A program made the translations under genes and the position numbers. The notes under the pieces were generated by a model that worked only from the letters and a program-made list of their open reading frames with translations, ran no database searches and was not told the origin of the DNA. This document shows positions 24,770 through 32,000 of a DNA stretch of 32,000 bases, one piece after another (within the stretch, counting starts at the first letter, position 1; every line of letters starts with the position of its first letter). Location of the stretch: assembly GCF_001997385.1 (NCBI RefSeq), contig NZ_CP019633.1:60001-92000 (forward strand). Direction: 5' to 3'. The stretch comes from Sedimentisphaera cyanobacteriorum (GTDB lineage Bacteria; Planctomycetota; Phycisphaerae; Sedimentisphaerales; Sedimentisphaeraceae).

Positions 24770-26011
24770 ATGAAAAGAGAAACAGACAAACACATTTTGA
24801 AAAACGGAATGACCGTACTGGGCGAACCTATGGAAGAGGTTGGCTCGGCGGCATTTAATTTCCTCGTTCCCTGCGGGACTTCCCGCATAGGCAAAGACCT
24901 CCAGGGATCGGGCAAGATACTCAAAAACTGGGTAATGCGCGGGGCAGGGGGTCTCAGCGGAAGAGAGCTCACAGACCGTCTCGATGGGCTCGGCCTGCAT
25001 CGAAGCAACGCTGTAGGCAGCTATCGGATGGGCTTTTCTGCAGCGATGGAGGCGGGCAGCCTTCTCGATGCGCTGGAGCTGTATTCATCTATCCTCCAGC
25101 GTCCCGAGCTAAGCAGCGAGCAGTTTGAGCTCTGCAGGCAGCTTGCGCTGAGCGAGTTTATGGGGCTCGATGACAACCCGAGGCAGAAGGTAATGATAAA
25201 CCTCCGCGAAAAATTCTACCCCGAACCGCTCGGCCTGAATGCATTCGGCACAATGGACTCGCTCCACTCGCTCACAAGCGAAGAAACAGCATCTCTGATC
25301 GATAAATACTTCAGTATGCCCGATACGATATTCTCTGTAGCGGGCAGTTATGATTTTGATAAGGTTTGCAGCCGGCTTGAGGAGCTTTTCGGTGGGGCGG
25401 AAGATAAAAACATCCCGCACTTCAAAGCAGAAAAGCCGCGCAGAGGATACTGGCACGAGCCCCACGAGGGTTCGCAGGTGCATATCGGCTTAATGACCGA
25501 AACCGTCCCGATCCGCAGCGATAAATACTTCGATGCGCAGGTGGCGGTCTCTGTGCTTTCGGGCGGAATGAGCTCAAGGCTTTTTACAGAAGTTCGCGAG
25601 AAACGCGGGCTGTGCTATGCAGTGGGAGCTAATTACAATACGCTGAAAGACGAGGCGGGAATTTCCTGCTACGCCGGCACTACGCCGGACAAGGCAGAGG
25701 AAACGCTCGAAGTGGTAATAGATGAATTCAAAAAGCTTAGAGACGGAGTGTCCGAAGATGAGCTCGCCCGTGCAAAGGCCGGGCTAAAAAGCACAATCGT
25801 AATGCGGAGCGAATCTTCGATGTCTCGGGCATCTTCAATCGGCGGGGACTATAACCTCCTGGGCGAGGTTCGCTGCCTTTCTGAAATCAAAAGGCGGATT
25901 GAAGCGGTAACTCTCGACAGCCTTCAGGAATTCCTCGATTCAAATCCTTTTGAGGAATTCTGCATTGTGAGCATCGGCCCGAAAGAAATCGAAGCAGCAA
26001 AGAAAATTTGA
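24770..26011 (+). CDS. M16 (pitrilysin/insulinase) family protein, predicted non-catalytic subunit
   Basis: It has the M16 fold pattern and is collinear with the next gene, but GSGKILKNWVMRGAG occupies the position of the HxxEH zinc motif. It starts 14 nt after the smc stop. Confidence 0.8.
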   Translation: MKRETDKHILKNGMTVLGEPMEEVGSAAFNFLVPCGTSRIGKDLQGSGKILKNWVMRGAGGLSGRELTDRLDGLGLHRSNAVGSYRMGFSAAMEAGSLLDALELYSSILQRPELSSEQFELCRQLALSEFMGLDDNPRQKVMINLREKFYPEPLGLNAFGTMDSLHSLTSEETASLIDKYFSMPDTIFSVAGSYDFDKVCSRLEELFGGAEDKNIPHFKAEKPRRGYWHEPHEGSQVHIGLMTETVPIRSDKYFDAQVAVSVLSGGMSSRLFTEVREKRGLCYAVGANYNTLKDEAGISCYAGTTPDKAEETLEVVIDEFKKLRDGVSEDELARAKAGLKSTIVMRSESSMSRASSIGGDYNLLGEVRCLSEIKRRIEAVTLDSLQEFLDSNPFEEFCIVSIGPKEIEAAKKI

Positions 26012-26020
26012 GGTAGCAGC

Positions 26021-27241
26021 ATGCAGTTTAAGAGCAAAGTCCTTGATAACGGACTCAAAATAGTAGGCGAGACCACCAGCAGCTCACTCTCGGCAGCCGT
26101 TGGATTTTTCGTTAAAACCGGCTCACGTGATGAAACAGCTGAAATCAGCGGGGTTTCGCATTTCCTTGAGCATATGGTGTTTAAGGGCACTGAGAATATG
26201 AACGCGCTGGAAGTGAATGCCGCCTTCGACAGAACAGGCGCACAGTTTAACGCTTTTACCAGCGAGGAGAATACGGTTTTCTTTGCGGGAGTTCTTCCGG
26301 AATTCCTTGAAGACGTTACCGCTATTTGGGCGGATCTTATGCGTCCTTCACTGCGGGAAGATGATTTCGATATGGAAAAAAACGTAATCCTCGAAGAGAT
26401 TGCGATGTATGAGGATATGCCGCAGTTTGATGTGGTGGACAAGGCAAAAGAGCTGCACTTCTCAGGCCACCCCTGCGGAAACAGCATTCTCGGGACGGGC
26501 GAATCAATCAGAAATCTCAAGGCAGACCAGATGCTCGAATACTTCCGCCGAAGATACAGCCCCTCCAACATTACAGTTTGCTGCTGCGGGAATTTCAACT
26601 GGGAGAATTTCGCTGCGCAGATTGAAAAGCTCTGCGGACACTGGGAAAAGGTGGAAACGAAACGAGAAACCAGCTTCACTGAAGGTACTGCACAAACCAA
26701 AATCTACACAAAGAAGAACCTCTCCCGCGAGCATATATGTATGGTGAGCCCGGGAGTTTCAGCGCAGGACGAAAGACATTATGCGATGAACCTGCTGAGC
26801 CTGATTATCGGCGATGAAAAGGGCTCACGGTTTTACTGGCAGCTCGTGGATACGGCAATCGCAGAGATTGCATCAATGCACTACGAGGATATGGACGGCG
26901 TCGGTGCGTTTTACAGCTATTTCCAGTGCAGTCCGGAAAATTCCGAAAAGACAATCCAGACTGCAAAAAAGGTGCTCGAAGATGTGCGCGATCAAGGCGT
27001 TACAGAAGAAGAGCTCGATAAGGCAAAGCACAAGGCCTTAAGCGCCCTTACGCTGAAAAACGAACTGCCTATGGGCAGGCTCATCAGCGTTGCATTCGAT
27101 AGCGTGTATCTCGATAAATACATCCCCACAAAAGAGCAGATCGAGAAGATCAGGGCTGTGAGCGTGGAGGATGTGAACTCTGCTGCGAGGATGTATGATA
27201 TGGTAAACTGCTCGCAGGCCGTTCTTACGCCCGAAAAGTAA
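26021..27241 (+). CDS. M16 family zinc metallopeptidase, predicted catalytic subunit
   Basis: Inverted zinc motif HFLEH in GVSHFLEHMVFKGTENM, with a downstream Glu region FTSEENTVFF. It starts 9 nt after the previous stop. Confidence 0.88.
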   Translation: MQFKSKVLDNGLKIVGETTSSSLSAAVGFFVKTGSRDETAEISGVSHFLEHMVFKGTENMNALEVNAAFDRTGAQFNAFTSEENTVFFAGVLPEFLEDVTAIWADLMRPSLREDDFDMEKNVILEEIAMYEDMPQFDVVDKAKELHFSGHPCGNSILGTGESIRNLKADQMLEYFRRRYSPSNITVCCCGNFNWENFAAQIEKLCGHWEKVETKRETSFTEGTAQTKIYTKKNLSREHICMVSPGVSAQDERHYAMNLLSLIIGDEKGSRFYWQLVDTAIAEIASMHYEDMDGVGAFYSYFQCSPENSEKTIQTAKKVLEDVRDQGVTEEELDKAKHKALSALTLKNELPMGRLISVAFDSVYLDKYIPTKEQIEKIRAVSVEDVNSAARMYDMVNCSQAVLTPEK

Positions 27242-27265
27242 AGCACTGCTCAAACGAAAATTTAA

Positions 27266-27296
27266 GCCCTTCGCCGCTGCTGGCGGGGGCTTTTTT
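27266..27296 (+). terminator. Rho-independent terminator ending the lipoprotein-smc-M16 unit
   Basis: GCCC/CGCC (27266-27275) pairs with GGCG/GGGC (27282-27290) around a small internal loop, followed by TTTTTT (27291-27296). Confidence 0.75.
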
Positions 27297-27308
27297 AATT
27301 ACTGCTTC

Positions 27309-27336
27309 TTGCAGGCCGGCGGGAATGTGTTATGAT
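27309..27336 (+). promoter_or_regulatory. Candidate promoter for the membrane-protein/radical-SAM pair
   Basis: TTGCAG (27309-27314), 16 nt, TATGAT (27331-27336) preceded by TGT (extended -10-like). It lies between the upstream terminator and the ATG at 27375. Confidence 0.4.
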
Positions 27337-27374
27337 ATTTCCGCTGTTAGAATATTTTGTTTTAAGGATTCAAT

Positions 27375-28700
27375 ATGAGTGATGAGGAAAATAATCAACC
27401 GATTACCGATGCCCCGCCAAAACAGCCGGCTAAGCCTCAAGAGAAAACAGGCAGGACCCTTGAGATATGGTATAGATTTTCTTACGCTTTAATTTTAGTT
27501 TGCCCGTTTTTAGCTGTATTTCTGCCGGCTTTTTTGCTGCCTGAGGCAGGTATTTTTGTTTCTTCCGTGATTGTTGGGCTGTTGGCATTTTTATCATTAG
27601 CTGCGGTTTTTCTGCTCGCTGTTTTCAGAAAGAATCAAATTCAAAAGCAGGGCGGTTCAATATTCAGCTCTGAATTCATTCTGCCGGGCTTAACCACTCC
27701 TGCTTTGATCATTCTTACAGCATTAACTGCATGGGGCGGAAGCTTTTATTACGCATCATTTTTTCAATCAGGCGAAATTTCGATGATGCCTCTTATCGGC
27801 AGCGTAGTATTAGATTACCCTGAGAGAAATAACGGCCAAATCCCAGACGCAGATAAATGGTGCGATCAGATAAAGGCTTCAGTAAGCGAAAAATCCTATT
27901 TGGATAATGTTAAAGGATTCGGCAAAGGAGACAAAGAGAGCTGCCCGTTTGCATTAAATGAAAAAGCGCTCGCACTTGGCGAAGATGCCCCTGATGATAT
28001 GGTTTTGGTTTTTCCGGTGAAAGAGGGCTGGAACAGCTCCGGCGGCCTTGAGCTTTTCCATGCTGAAGGCGGTTCTTATTTTGTGAAAGTATTTTTGGCC
28101 GGCGGAAAAACTGAAACTTTCCGCCCCAAATACGCAGAGAATCTGCGTTGGAGCGTTGATGATAAGATGGATATCCCCGAGCCTCCCGCTTATGCATCTT
28201 CAATTATCGGGGGATTGATTTGCCTGTCTGCTGCGGGGGCGTTTATCCGCAAACACTCAATCTTTCTCCGCTGGCGTGCGGGGTTTGCGATTTTCATTAC
28301 CGTTCTCTCGGGCGGGGCAGGAGCGGGTTTTGCGGCTCTGGCAGAAGGGATTTTTTATTCTCAATATTACAGGAATTACAATATCGGCTGGCTCGCAGGC
28401 GCAGCAGCCGGGATTGCTGCCGGCGTAATTTTCACCGGCCTGCTCTGCAAATGGAAGCAGCAATCCCCCGAAGGCTTCAAGCTGATGGGCTGGGCAACTG
28501 CAGCGGGAGCTCTAACAGGCCTTCTGGCATCCTCAGCAGCGCATCTAATCCTTATTGCAGCTTACGATTTCTACCTGCCCTACCCGATAATGATCGCCTC
28601 GACTTTCGGGGCGTACGCCGGATTGGTTCTCGGCGGGATAAGCATTGCCATCCTCCAAAAACTGCCCATAAAAAACGCCCAATCTTCGGGTCAGCAGTAA
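27375..28700 (+). CDS. Polytopic membrane protein of unknown function (about 8 TM, central soluble domain, Gly/Ala-rich C-terminal helices)
   Basis: 441 aa. AAGGA RBS. Charged N-terminus, then three hydrophobic segments, then a ~130-aa hydrophilic domain containing 2 Cys (KWCDQIKA...ESCPFALNEKA). Five further helices are rich in GxxxG/A motifs (GGAGAGFAALAEG, GAAAGIAAGVIFTG, GAYAGLVLGGISIA). Confidence 0.75.
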   Translation: MSDEENNQPITDAPPKQPAKPQEKTGRTLEIWYRFSYALILVCPFLAVFLPAFLLPEAGIFVSSVIVGLLAFLSLAAVFLLAVFRKNQIQKQGGSIFSSEFILPGLTTPALIILTALTAWGGSFYYASFFQSGEISMMPLIGSVVLDYPERNNGQIPDADKWCDQIKASVSEKSYLDNVKGFGKGDKESCPFALNEKALALGEDAPDDMVLVFPVKEGWNSSGGLELFHAEGGSYFVKVFLAGGKTETFRPKYAENLRWSVDDKMDIPEPPAYASSIIGGLICLSAAGAFIRKHSIFLRWRAGFAIFITVLSGGAGAGFAALAEGIFYSQYYRNYNIGWLAGAAAGIAAGVIFTGLLCKWKQQSPEGFKLMGWATAAGALTGLLASSAAHLILIAAYDFYLPYPIMIASTFGAYAGLVLGGISIAILQKLPIKNAQSSGQQ

Positions 28701-29893
28701 TGAATATCAAAACAGCTTCCGTACTCGCATATTACTTCTTCCGCTGCCTAGGCAGGCTGCCGGCAAAGCACCTTCTCTACCTTGCCCGAAAGCTGGGCAG
28801 TGAGAACCCTCGCCTTTGCGGCGGGAAGCTCTGGATAAACACATTCTTCCCGCCTATCCCGTCTCCCGCATTCGAGCGGTTTATGGATTCGGTTTTGGCG
28901 AGGTCGAGAACGCCGTATTCTGCTTATTTCGCTGTTACAGCCCGCTGCCCGCATTCCTGCCCGCACTGCAGCTATGCCGGCCGGCAGACTGGAGAGCTCT
29001 CCACCGCCCGGGCACTCGATATAATCTCCCAGATCGATTCGCTGGGCTGCCCTGTAATCGGGTTTACCGGAGGCGAGCCGCTTTTAAGGGAGGATTTGCC
29101 CGAACTCATAGAAGCCGGCTCAAAAAACGCATCTGCTGTGCTGTTTACAACTGCCCAGGGGCTAACTCCAAAGCTTGCAGAAAAGCTCAAAAGCGCAGGG
29201 CTCAGCAGTGTTATGGTGGGGATTGAATCAGCAAGCAGGGCAGAGCACAACCGGCTTCGGGGCAGCGAGGATTCTTTTCCGCAGGCCGCTGAAGGTATCA
29301 AAACCGCAAAACAGGCAGGGCTGTATGCCGCCGCATCCACAATGGCATTCAGAGAAAAAATCCGCTCAGGTGAAATTGAAAAAATTGCCCGCATGTGCGA
29401 GAGCCTCGGCGCGATGGAGCTCCGCATACTTGAGCCAATCCCAACAGGCGGTATATGCGGAGATGATTCGATTATCCTCTCGGAGGAAGAATCAAGAGAG
29501 ATGGCGGATTTCCAGAAACGCTGGAACAAGCGCAAATCCGGCCTTGCGGTTTGCAGTTTCTCGCATCTCGAATCCGATGAGATGTTCGGCTGCGGCGCAG
29601 GCTATCACCACCTGTTCATTGATTCGGCTGGAAATGTAAACCCGTGCGATCTCACCCCGCTCTCGTTTGGAAATGCTTTAGAAAGGCCGCTCAGCGATAT
29701 ATGGAAGGATATGGAGCAGTTTTTCCCTCTGCCCAGAAGGGGCTGTTTTATGAAAGAGGCAGCGGGGAAGGGCATTTTGCCCGCCGCCGGCAGTGAGCTT
29801 CCGGCAGACCCAGAGACAAGCCGGAGCATCTGCCGCAGCATTCCCCGAAATGGCAGGCTCCCGAAGGTTTACGAAAATTACCTCAAACGCTGA
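28700..29893 (+). CDS. Radical SAM enzyme with an ~80-aa N-terminal extension and a twitch-like (partial SPASM) C-terminal domain
   Basis: The ATG at 28700 shares its A with the upstream TAA (TAATG). CxxxCxxC motif CPHSCPHC (28946-28969), then GFTGGEPLL. C-terminal C-X12-G-X4-C, FGCGAGYHHLFIDSAGNVNPC (29591-29647). No CX2CX5CX3C motif follows. The track's longer ORF from 28220 is an out-of-frame overlap with the previous gene. Confidence 0.85.
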   Translation: MNIKTASVLAYYFFRCLGRLPAKHLLYLARKLGSENPRLCGGKLWINTFFPPIPSPAFERFMDSVLARSRTPYSAYFAVTARCPHSCPHCSYAGRQTGELSTARALDIISQIDSLGCPVIGFTGGEPLLREDLPELIEAGSKNASAVLFTTAQGLTPKLAEKLKSAGLSSVMVGIESASRAEHNRLRGSEDSFPQAAEGIKTAKQAGLYAAASTMAFREKIRSGEIEKIARMCESLGAMELRILEPIPTGGICGDDSIILSEEESREMADFQKRWNKRKSGLAVCSFSHLESDEMFGCGAGYHHLFIDSAGNVNPCDLTPLSFGNALERPLSDIWKDMEQFFPLPRRGCFMKEAAGKGILPAAGSELPADPETSRSICRSIPRNGRLPKVYENYLKR

Positions 29894-29960
29894 GCCCTCA
29901 GGCCGTAATAAATGGGAATTTTCCACGGCTGAACTAAAAACGGATCGAGGCAGCCTGCCA

Positions 29961-29995
29961 AACCTGCAGCAAAAAAAAAGCGGGGAACTCTAAGA
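29961..29995 (-). terminator. Rho-independent terminator of the OmpA-like gene; the hairpin is also downstream of the radical SAM gene
   Basis: GCGGGGAA (29970-29977) pairs with TTCCCCGC (29988-29995). On the minus strand the hairpin is followed by T9 (complement of A9 at 29961-29969). Confidence 0.8.
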
Positions 29996-30030
29996 GATTC
30001 CCCGCTAAAACATTACTGCTTTGAAGCTTG

Positions 30031-30702
30031 CTATTTCATATTCACGACAATCTCAACACGCCTGTTTTTCTGTTTTCCTGAGGATGTAGCGTTTGAGGCC
30101 ACAGGCCTGCTCTCCCCGCAGGCAACTGCACGGATCTTGGAATCCGGAATCCCCTGATCGGTGAGATACCTCAGCACAGAAAGGGCTCTCTGGGCGGAAA
30201 GCTCCCAGTTGTCGTCCCAGTCTGATTTCCTGATTGGGTCTGAGTCTGTATGGCCTACAACATCAATCTCCTTGCCCGCATATTCGCTCTGTATTACCGA
30301 ATATATGTGGTTAAGGTCGGCATTGCGTGTGCTTTTGAGCGAGGCCTTGCCCGGGGCGAAGAGGATCGTATTCTGCAGAGTTACTGTGATTGTGCCCTTG
30401 TCGGCATCAAACTCCACATCATAATCCTCGCCGAAGCCTGTTGCATCTTCGGGCGTCTGGTTGAGGTCTTCAATCTTGGATTGCAGCTCTGCAATCTCAT
30501 TTTCCTTGCTCTGAAGCTCGCTGGACAGTGAGCTTTTCGCTGCGGATGCCTCATCCAGCGAAGACATACAGTTGTCGTATCTTCCCTGAAGATTTTCATA
30601 CTGCACATTCAATCCTTCATACTTCTTCTTCCAATCGGTGCAGCCTGAAAGAACCATCGCTGCAACTGCGAGCACAGATAACTTTAATAATGCTGATTTC
30701 AT
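30031..30702 (-). CDS. OmpA/MotB-family peptidoglycan-associated lipoprotein with an N-terminal coiled coil
   Basis: Lipobox in MKSALLKLSVLAVAAMVLSGC. Heptad-like region LSSELQSKENEIAELQSKIEDLNQ. OmpA C-terminal-like domain VVGHTDSDPI...NWELSAQRALSVLRYL...RRVEIVV. Confidence 0.85.
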   Translation of the reverse strand: MKSALLKLSVLAVAAMVLSGCTDWKKKYEGLNVQYENLQGRYDNCMSSLDEASAAKSSLSSELQSKENEIAELQSKIEDLNQTPEDATGFGEDYDVEFDADKGTITVTLQNTILFAPGKASLKSTRNADLNHIYSVIQSEYAGKEIDVVGHTDSDPIRKSDWDDNWELSAQRALSVLRYLTDQGIPDSKIRAVACGESRPVASNATSSGKQKNRRVEIVVNMK

Positions 30703-30770
30703 TTTAACTCCTGTAAAAGAAACTTTTTTTCTATTTGCCGTCCGAAGGGTTTCTCAACCGAAATCACGCT

Positions 30771-31982
30771 TCAGCCGGCAAACCCCATTGTATTTGAAAG
30801 CCATTCAAAAACGGCTTCACGGAAAATAATAACAAAAACCGCCGCCAAAGACAAGAACGGCCCGTAAGGAATTTCCTTATTTTTTTTCGTTATAAGCTGA
30901 ATCACGGTGAAGGCAAGCCCGAAAAACGGTGCCGCAAAGAAAATTATTATCGAAGGAAGCGCTCCGCAGAAAACGCCTATCGCCCCCATCAGATGAACGT
31001 CTCCAAGCCCCATTGCTTCTCTTCCGAAGGCAAGAGTGCCGAGGATTCGGGTGAGCCAGACGATCCCCGCACCTGTAAGATACCCGCCGGCTGCACCCAG
31101 AAGGCAGGATAAATGCGGGTTGGCAGCGAGATTCTGCCAGCTTTGAAGCGGGGTAAGCAGTTTCCACCCGGCCAACGCAAACAAAACTATGGGAATAAGA
31201 AATACAAATTCCTTCAAAACCTCTCTGCGGTCGTTGAAGCCCGGGTTTTCGGATATATTCTCCTGCGTCTCGGCCGGTTCTGCTTCCAGCTCGAGGCCTT
31301 CGTAGCTCGGTTTGATAATTCCCGCATCCAGCAGTATATTAGCGGCTAAAATCCCCGCGCCGCCTCCAGCGATGAGGCCGGAAAAACGCAGAGAGGAATA
31401 CGGAAAAATCTGAAACTCTGTTATTTGCCAGTAATCGATAAAAAACGGGGCTGCAGCTGCTGTGAGAAGCCCGAAGATTGCGGCGAAAATGCACAGCGAC
31501 ATAGGTATCAGATACATCTCCAGATCAATCGCTGAGGCAGCTATCAAGCAGCAGAACAAAACCGCATGCGATAAATACAGCCACCATCCGCCTGCGAAGA
31601 AATCTACGAAATTCGTTTGTGAATTCGAAAAGCTTATCGTTCCTGCGCTGAAGTAGAAGTAGTACAGAAGGGCGAGAAAGGCTGCTGTTAGAAATTCAAT
31701 AATTACGTATCTCGGCGAGATTCTCGCCCCGCAGCCGCGGCATTTGCCCCTGAGCATAAACCACGAGATCAGCGGGAGATTCTCCCTGAGCGGAATAAAC
31801 TTACCGCAGCTCGTACAGAAAGACCGCCTCTCCGAGAGAAATACCCCGCGGGGGAGCCGATGTATTACAACGTTCAGAAAACTGCCTGCGCACGCCCCGA
31901 CAACGAACATATAAAGCATTATGCCCGCTGTTACGAGCCAATCACCACATATCAATTTCCAGCTGCAGATCAATATCGGCAA
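30771..31982 (-). CDS. pilD: Prepilin peptidase (A24 family), unusually long; start uncertain
   Basis: Motifs: GSFLNVVIHRLP, Cys pairs CTSCG...CRGCG, and the two aspartate motifs AIDLEMYLIP and GLGDVHLMGAIG. The track start is a TTG at 31982, and the frame stays open to the window end. An internal ATG at 31919 (MLYMFVVG...) is an alternative start. Confidence 0.85.
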   Translation of the reverse strand: MPILICSWKLICGDWLVTAGIMLYMFVVGACAGSFLNVVIHRLPRGVFLSERRSFCTSCGKFIPLRENLPLISWFMLRGKCRGCGARISPRYVIIEFLTAAFLALLYYFYFSAGTISFSNSQTNFVDFFAGGWWLYLSHAVLFCCLIAASAIDLEMYLIPMSLCIFAAIFGLLTAAAAPFFIDYWQITEFQIFPYSSLRFSGLIAGGGAGILAANILLDAGIIKPSYEGLELEAEPAETQENISENPGFNDRREVLKEFVFLIPIVLFALAGWKLLTPLQSWQNLAANPHLSCLLGAAGGYLTGAGIVWLTRILGTLAFGREAMGLGDVHLMGAIGVFCGALPSIIIFFAAPFFGLAFTVIQLITKKNKEIPYGPFLSLAAVFVIIFREAVFEWLSNTMGFAG

Positions 31983-32000
31983 GCTCCCGAACCTTTTCCC

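Noticed and set aside
25924-26700. A 258-aa minus-strand ORF spans the junction of the two M16 genes.
   Set aside because: It is antisense to two well-supported genes. The product is Ser-rich and low-complexity with no recognisable motif or RBS.
28220-28699. The track ORF 28220..29893 (557 aa) suggests a much longer radical SAM protein.
   Set aside because: The first 160 codons overlap the C-terminus of 27375..28700 in another frame and translate to a low-complexity Arg/Ser/Cys-rich sequence. The real gene most plausibly starts at ATG 28700, in the TAATG junction.
2-29893. A possible functional link between the sulfatase (11434..13314) and the FGE-domain protein (2..661) or the radical SAM enzyme (28700..29893) as its maturase.
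   Set aside because: They are 10-17 kb apart in separate transcription units. The radical SAM enzyme lacks the full set of SPASM cysteines I would expect in anaerobic sulfatase maturases. FGE-domain proteins are numerous and functionally diverse in this kind of genome. The idea is kept only as a remark under the sulfatase finding.
1-32000. A search for mobile elements, CRISPR arrays, tRNA/rRNA genes or obvious defence-system genes.
   Set aside because: I found no transposase or integrase-like ORF, no regularly spaced direct repeats, no long terminal inverted repeats and no tRNA-like or rRNA-like segments. Gene density and orientation look like ordinary chromosome.

Overview
Chromosomal window with 21 protein-coding genes. 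I found no rRNA, tRNA, CRISPR array, IS element or integrase. Gene content suggests a PVC-superphylum polysaccharide degrader (Phycisphaerae/Kiritimatiellae-like): two PEP-CTERM proteins, secreted LamG/Ig proteins, a Tat-exported sulfatase and an FGE-domain protein. This taxonomic guess is inference only. Left to right: a 5'-truncated FGE-domain gene; a minus-strand 4-gene unit (ECF sigma, FecR-type anti-sigma with an NPCBM-like tail, two paralogous LamG/Ig proteins); PEP-CTERM protein 1; a minus-strand pair encoding a standalone MetH-type pterin-binding module and a homocysteine-methyltransferase::MTHFR fusion; a Tat-sulfatase with a HEAT tail and an unusual CSVAR active-site motif; an isopropylmalate/tartrate dehydrogenase-family gene; topA with a lysine-rich tail; an AEC transporter; PEP-CTERM protein 2; a tightly packed plus-strand unit (FlgI-like lipoprotein with a HEAT insertion, smc, and an inactive plus an active M16 peptidase); a self-contained pair (polytopic glycine-zipper membrane protein, TAATG-coupled to an N-terminally extended radical SAM/twitch enzyme); and an OmpA-like coiled-coil lipoprotein downstream of an unusually long prepilin peptidase. 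The best candidates for undescribed biology are the membrane-protein/radical-SAM pair, the FlgI-like/HEAT lipoprotein that appears co-transcribed with smc, the sigma/anti-sigma/LamG module and the split methionine-synthase arrangement. All family calls rest on motif recognition by eye. No database search was run.
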